DNA of 64,000 nucleotides from Zancudomyces culisetae HAW-14-8. Its lineage: Eukaryota > Fungi > Kickxellomycota. The notes below the pieces were generated by a model. That model was not told where the DNA came from. It saw nothing but the letters and a program-made list of their open reading frames with translations, and did not search any database. This document shows positions 57,173 to 64,000 of this stretch, piece by piece (the stretch's first letter is position 1; the number at the start of each line of letters is the position of its first letter). The stretch spans positions 1,860,001-1,924,000 of the forward strand of contig JBNJNM010000021.1 of assembly GCA_052426225.1 (NCBI GenBank), given 5' to 3'. The translations under genes and the position numbers were made by a program.

Positions 57173-59777
57173 AAATCGTCCCGCTTCCGCTCTAGCTTTT
57201 TCTTTTTACCTTTGCTTTCCTCCCAAGTAATAGTTTAAAAATTTATAGTTTTGCTTCTTACATACCTCTATATCTTAATTTTATTCGCTAACTTTTAAAG
57301 AAATGGTATCCTTTAGAGTAATTTAACTGTTTCAATCTTATTTGCCTCAACTTTTGTTGAGGTAAGAGAAGAGAGAATCTCAATTCAATGTATGCGGATT
57401 GGTTCTTTTTTTGACGAAAACTCGTTATTTCATTCCGGTTGTTGCCAGAGGTGAGTTATACCAAGAACTATTTAAAGTTTTAACTTTTAATGTTTGTAAA
57501 TTTCTGTTTATTTGAGAATAGTGTGCCTTAAGGTTTTAGTAACAGGTGAGTACTAATATGACTAACTAATACCTCGACTAACTAGTGCGTATTGCAAACA
57601 ATACTCGCTGGTACGCGATAAGTGGTCTGGGATATAAGACATATTTTCTTTAGAATAAAAATTCAATAATGGTTCTCTCCTTACCATCTTTTAGTTTAAT
57701 AAATGAAAGTTACTATAAACATTGTATAAAACATTTCTTTTCAAAATCCATCATTGTGCTTCACCAGAAATTAATCTATATTGAACACTTTTTCGAGGCT
57801 AGTAGGTGCTGTCAAATTCAAGATATATAACTGATCTACTTTTTTACACATCCTCGTTCGTAAATAAATTACCCTATATATTGTTAAACGCTAATTACTT
57901 TAAATGCTATTGTTTAATATTGTTTAATATTTATTTAAAGCAAAATATTAGAGCGAGATAAATACCATAAATTTACGATACCAATACAATATCAAATGAT
58001 TTATTTTTAAAAAAGGGTTTTTTATCTTTTTTGGGACTTGAAACACTAGTTAAATAACCCCAAATATATTAACGCACACAGAAAGACTTGTTAAGATAAG
58101 AAAAGATTATTGGTATGTATATCGGTTGTATCTGAGTAGGAGTAAATACTCGATTCAAAGATATTTAAGAAGGGAAATGATATTACGGGATTTTTATTAT
58201 TTAAAAAGTTTAGCTTTTCAAAATGTCTGGAATAGGAAAGTAATCAAAATAAAAACTGTTTATGTTTTATATTTTTGGAGTCGTTTTTTAAAAACCTCAG
58301 CAGGTTGAGAATTACGTTCGCTGAAGGAGGGAGAAACCTCAAATTATTAAAATTATACCACAGTAGTAGATATTTGTATGAGGAGAAAACTATTTACAGT
58401 TTTGAAAAGACAAATACAGTAATTTGTACACCTACTACACAGTTGTTGCATAATAATACGTTGTGTTTGGTACGCCCAGTTTCTTTCAAGTATACAACAA
58501 TACATACTCAGTTAATATGGTATAACCAAATCAAAATGTAATCTACTCACATCAGCAACGGTTGTTTCTTCTACTCAGGGCATCGAGCCCATAAAAATAT
58601 GTAATTTTTATCGAAACATTTACTATTTTATACAAAATTTCGAAATCACTCAAGCTTGTATAACCCTGCATTAAAGACCTCAAGTCTATTATTTGAAAAT
58701 AGTCTAGCAATAATAATATCATTAATATTCGCTAGTTTTTTACAGTTAGACAACAAGCTTGAAATCGTGGTCAGCAACGCTACTGAACATTAAATAACGC
58801 TAAAAAACATTAAATGGATGTAAGTAGCGAGAAAGCTTATTTGGTTTGTTTTTAGTTGGTAGAGCTCATTATGCTAAATCATTTCAACCTAAAAAAATGT
58901 CCCTCTCAGAAGAACTACCAAATTAAATCGTTGAACCATTTTGAAACGCCTTTTCTCCACCAGAAATAAATGCAATATACGAGCGCACGTATTGAGGGGA
59001 AAAATCAAAAAATAATTTGCAAGGGTACCATATAACCATTGCTGCATGAAATGCGCATACTTTTTTCACCCTTAGTGTGCTATTAGTTTCATAATATTAT
59101 GGCTGTGGAATAAGCTGTAAATGTCAATTTAAATATGATGATCAAAATATTATTCAGTTTAAAGATTGGTAGATTATTTTGATACCACTTTTCTGGGAGC
59201 CCATATTACAGATCCAAAAAAAAATACTACATTAAACCACTTGACAAAATATTAGTATAATAAAAAGGGCGGTTATGCAAAACCATAATTTATAGAAAAC
59301 TCTACAAACTTTGACAGTAAGTTTAAACCTGATTTGGTTAATAAAAGAGATATGGTGTTCCATCTTTTAAAGCAGAGACACAGATATTCCTAAATGGGCT
59401 TGTAATATTGCACTACTAGAACCCAACCAAACAGATATATATATATATAATTGCATAATACTGTGTATGACGCCATAGTCCAAGATTCGCTGCTCCACAT
59501 CCTTGAAATGTTGGGTTTTCGGACTATAGCATACTTTAGAAAACCAATGCAGGAATCCTAGTACTGGATATTTTGTATACAGCAACCAAAAAAAAGTATA
59601 TAAGCTCAGAGTTCCCAGTTCAATATTATCTCAAGTACTTTATCAATTGCATTCATAATTTGCATATCATAGTAGCAATCTTAAAATATACTTTCCAAAT
59701 CTGAAACTACAGGGTAAAATACCTCAATCTCAATAAAAAAACAAGAACAGTAACAGCATATAATAAAAACACACAAA

Positions 59778-60581
59778 ATGTTTTCAAAACTCAACCTTGG
59801 TGTACTCGTAACTCTGTTTGCAACAGGTGTATACTCCCACATGGCTATGGTTCAACCATGTCCAAGATTATCACCAAATAATCCACTGTGCCCAGCTGGT
59901 GATCCAGTGGATTACGACATTAAGAGTCCAATTGGTACTCAGTCTGCAGCCAATCAGCCACTATGTAAAACTGACAGAAAATCATCAAGGGTTGTTGATA
60001 CATGGTCAGCTGGAAGCACAGTAACAGTCAAGTTCCGACCAGATGGCGCTGCTCATAGTGGAGGGCATTGTCAATTTGCTTTGTCGTATGATGGCGGAAA
60101 GACATTTGTTGTAATCAAGGATGTACTCAGATACTGCTTCTTCAATGGTCAGAAATCTGGAAATACTGCAGATGTATTATCATATGATATTCAATTGCCA
60201 TCTAATCTTCCATCAAGTAACAGTGCAGTATTTGCATGGACATGGTTAAATGCTAGTGGAAATCGCGAATACTACATGAATTGTGCAGATATTGCCATCA
60301 AGGGAGTGAATGGAGGTAGTTATACTGGAAAGAAGTTGTTGATAGCTAATTATGGACCAGGAACACCAGCAGTTGCAGAGTTCAATGGAAACTATGAAAG
60401 TGGTATTAATTTGTTTAATTCAAGACCAAGTATTACTGTCAACGGTAGTGGAGGATCATCGCCAGCACCAGGTGGTGGTACCCCAGTATCATCAAGCAGC
60501 AGTATAGCTATGAGGGCTACTACTACGACTAGTTCAGCAATTAAACCAACCACAGGAACTTGCTCTTGCCCATGCAAGTAA
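59778..60581 (+). CDS. Secreted AA11-like lytic polysaccharide monooxygenase (chitin-active family)
   Basis: 20-aa signal peptide ending VYS followed by His1 (HMAMVQPCPR), AAHSGGHCQFALSYD (second His), FAWTWLN..GNREYYMNCADI (axial Tyr region) and a G/S/T-rich tail. Confidence 0.85.
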   Translation: MFSKLNLGVLVTLFATGVYSHMAMVQPCPRLSPNNPLCPAGDPVDYDIKSPIGTQSAANQPLCKTDRKSSRVVDTWSAGSTVTVKFRPDGAAHSGGHCQFALSYDGGKTFVVIKDVLRYCFFNGQKSGNTADVLSYDIQLPSNLPSSNSAVFAWTWLNASGNREYYMNCADIAIKGVNGGSYTGKKLLIANYGPGTPAVAEFNGNYESGINLFNSRPSITVNGSGGSSPAPGGGTPVSSSSSIAMRATTTTSSAIKPTTGTCSCPCK

Positions 60582-61453
60582 ATTTGTCTATTTACTTAGT
60601 TTGTTATTAGTTTCATTTATTCATCCTTTCAATTTTATTTTAAAATCGCTACTTTAGTTATCATCATACTTTCAATATATCAATTCAACAATCATTCAAA
60701 TTGTGCAATATCCAAGTACAAGCTAGAAGTGAATGCTGGGATATCGAATGCATTTTATGGTTTTCTTCAGGTTGCTAAAGACAATATTTTGATAACAAAT
60801 GAGTATGGAAACCCAGTAAAAATGAATCAAATAGTAATTTTTGTATGCTACTATTTCAAGACACCTGAGAGATAAATTCAACCAATTCAGATTACTAAAT
60901 TACAAAAAACGACTAGGGAAAAATAAACTCTGAATTATTCTTTAAAAATAATACTCATAACTGGAACGAATCGAACAAAAAGTATTGATACTGCATACAT
61001 TTCAGGTGGTCAGGGTTTTACTAATCATATTTTAAAACCAAATATAGCATTATCGAATATAGAATACAATAATGATTTCTCTAGTGTAATGGAAAGTGAT
61101 ACTGGTGTATTACTATCACCATACTAATCTAATTCTGAGAGCTATGCAGGTGGAAAGAGTGGGCACAATAATAATAGATTTTAAAATATTAAGGTTTTAA
61201 AACAGGAAATATGACCATTGTAGAAATGGTGGCAATGTTGGTAGTGATGATGACGGACATGAAATAAAAAAGTAGGAAACAAATTTGGTTGGAAACGATT
61301 TAACTTTTACAATTAAAAAATTCTGCTGAATACAAAATCAGAAAGGAGAATTACTATTTAATTTGATTTTTATTCTATTCTTGCTACACTTTTGAATTTG
61401 CGTATTTATTGACTTGTTTTGGTATAAGTTCAACACTTATGCTTGTCAAGAAT

Positions 61454-61708
61454 TTATAATATTGTGATGTTAAACCATCTTAGCGTGTGATGGACGAGAT
61501 CGAGCGGGTCAAGTTCCTTGGTCGGGGTTTTCATGCTAAGGAACTGTTGTTGCACATGCTCTTGAACAAAAGCAAATGGATCATGTGACTCGGTACGATA
61601 CAACTCCATAGAGGTGACTTTTGAACGGTCACTATCCGGAGAGTAACGACCCTCAACCTTAAACAGTTGGATGGTGGCTGCACGTAGCTGCTGCATATGA
61701 CCTGACAT
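61454..61708 (-). other. GC-elevated 84-codon orphan ORF (gene or retroelement fragment)
   Basis: Sharp GC island with many C-ending codons in very AT-rich surroundings. No recognised family. Confidence 0.35.
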
Positions 61709-64000
61709 GAGACTTTAATAATGTTAAACTAAAACTAATTTCTATTTAAACTTGTTAGCCGAAGCACTGTTATTCATATATATATATTTTTGTTGACATA
61801 ACTTACAAACAGAATCCTTCTTGTTAAATGTTTTTTATTTCCATAATGTTATACTTGTGTTTAAAACTACTAAAAGAGCTAACTAAATCTCTTAGTGAGT
61901 TTACCTTCGCTTTATCATATTTAATTAATACTATTCAAATGTTATTTTTTATACTAATATAATTAACATTAATGTTTTTGTTATTATTGCTGCTATCGCT
62001 ATTGTTCTTTATCTTAGTTATTCCTTGTCTCATTTTGTATTTGCGTTCTTATCGTCATTTCTCATTTTAGTTTTTATTTTTACAATAATTTATGTTGTAC
62101 TAATTTATATAATTTTTTTTTAATTGTTTTTACATTTTATGATTTTTTCTAGATAATTGTTTTACTTTTAGTCCTGCAAAAACAATAAATTCGAGTAAAG
62201 ACACTAGTATCAATAATCTACAGAAAGAATACACTACTGAGCAGCTATTTTATCCCAATACCTGGGTACAATTTACTGTTTTCGATTCAGGCATTTAAAC
62301 ATATGTATACACGTGTGCCAACATTTATACAGGGATACGGGTAGAAAATAAATAGAATATTGAAATATCTACTAAAAGTCCAATCGTTCATCAAATAGTA
62401 GAGTATAATTCAGTTTGGTGGTGCACCCAGCCTTGATTATTAAAATTGATGAGTGGTTAGAACAAATATAAGGAGCAAAACAACGACTGGCTGTGTAATA
62501 GATGCAATGATTTAGTAGATAAAAAAGCCCAAAAACCAATCTGGTACTCCAATGATTCATGTAAAGATGTAGTTCTGGAAATTTTACATTTTTTATAAGA
62601 CCGATATGCTCAAAACTTGAAAATAATGCTGTTCCATTTTTAGAATACTGTTTATATACACAGTAAATTGAAGAGGTTAATTGATTAAAGTAATACCAGT
62701 AGACAGAGTAAAACTATTAAATTTCACATCACTTCAGTTTGAAATAGTTGCAGTTTTATCGTTCTTACACCTTTCACAAGTTAACCCATTTTTACATTGA
62801 GCTCAGTTTCTGTTCTTGTTGGTGTTTATGTTTAAATGCAATATAGTTGTTAGGTTTTCATATTTTTGGAATACTCAACCATTTTTATTTCAATAATTGT
62901 GTGCATTACATTAAATAAATACACATACAGAACTATAAATATTTTACAATAAAAAAATTGAGTTTTACTGCGGATCAACCTTTATTTATTGCTATAGTCA
63001 TTTATATTGATATTTATTATTTTATTGAGACAAAACATATCAAGAGGAACTTTCATTTGATTCTTCGTACATATGTTTAAAAGCGGAAATAAAAATTACA
63101 AAATATTTCTATATGTCGAATGTTTAAATAAAATGATAATTTAAACGAGTATGTAAACACTTTTATACTTTTCTAGAAAAGTGTGTGACCCACCACTTTC
63201 AATACTCAAACCTGTTTATAATAGTACTATAGTCGTTTCATCGTTATACGGAACAATTGCTTCTGAACTAACATTTCTTCCAGGGCAGAGGAAAGAGTAA
63301 ACAGTAGGTATTGCTGTTGAGGTTGGGGTTTTTAACGTTTCAGGAAAAATACAACCGGCTAACTACCAAACTTGACTTATTTCATTGCTTATTTTAGATA
63401 CATAACCGCAAGTTTTTAAAAAGGAAACTTAGTTTCCACGGCTGAATTGAATTGGTAATTATTATTGGTTTATGCGTTATTATATAGTCTGTTACCAGTG
63501 TAAACAAAAAAATAATTCTATTTTGGATGAAATTTTCTAAAGGAATTTTGGAATATTTGTAAGTATTTATATGGGTAGTTAATTGTGAGGAGTTTAAAAA
63601 AATAACAAATTTCAGTATTCACTTGTTGCCACTGAACTCAGACAGCTGAGATGATAGCTACTATTCCAAATTTGTAGAAATTCTTTATTTATTAAATATG
63701 AATAAACTAACCATACTGTACTAAAGTGGTTGACAAACGTGCTTATACTGGCCTCACAAGTTCAAAAAACATGTTACAATGAAAAAGTTTGATAATAAGT
63801 GTTAAATAGAAGCAAACTGAAGTCAGAGAATACGTATAAATAGTCTTGGAATTTTGCGCTGTTTTTGATCTTTACACAATCGAGTTTCTAAATATTTACT
63901 CAAAAATCCAACAAAAACAACAAACCAAACAAAAAGCAAAGCTAACTGAGAATGAAGGTAGTGACATCGGCCCTTATTACACTTATGTATATTATGAGCA

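Noticed and set aside
62200-64000. Short ORFs at the window end
   Set aside because: Fragmentary and AT-rich, with no supportable product.

Overview
AT-rich, intron-containing eukaryotic (fungal) genomic DNA. Gene content and style suggest an early-diverging fungus, possibly Kickxellomycotina/Harpellales-like (inference only). About 5.7-48.5 kb is a housekeeping block: Kin1/MARK kinase, ARG7, IMP2, RPL43, fungal TF-domain protein, ankyrin protein, ADE4, cwf18/CCDC12 (4 exons, not in the ORF track), an ACS-family MFS permease, CAND1, an EPS1-like PDI, Num1/ApsA-like PH protein, Nudix hydrolase, TOM70 and an atypical cytochrome P450. 48.9-56.5 kb is a rearranged DIRS-type tyrosine-recombinase retrotransposon locus: gag, RT/RNaseH/MT, an overlapping YR frame, ~290-bp inverted terminal repeats and a 96-bp internal circle-junction region. 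A long-TIR Tc1 element and three TG..CA LTR-like inserts are nested in it, and its outer ends are oriented opposite to its coding interior. After it come an ankyrin remnant, an AA11-like LPMO and decayed sequence. The window also shows strong kb-scale G/C and purine skew that appears to radiate from intergenic/promoter regions and switches synonymous codon usage partway through genes. All calls come from reading the sequence; no searches were run.
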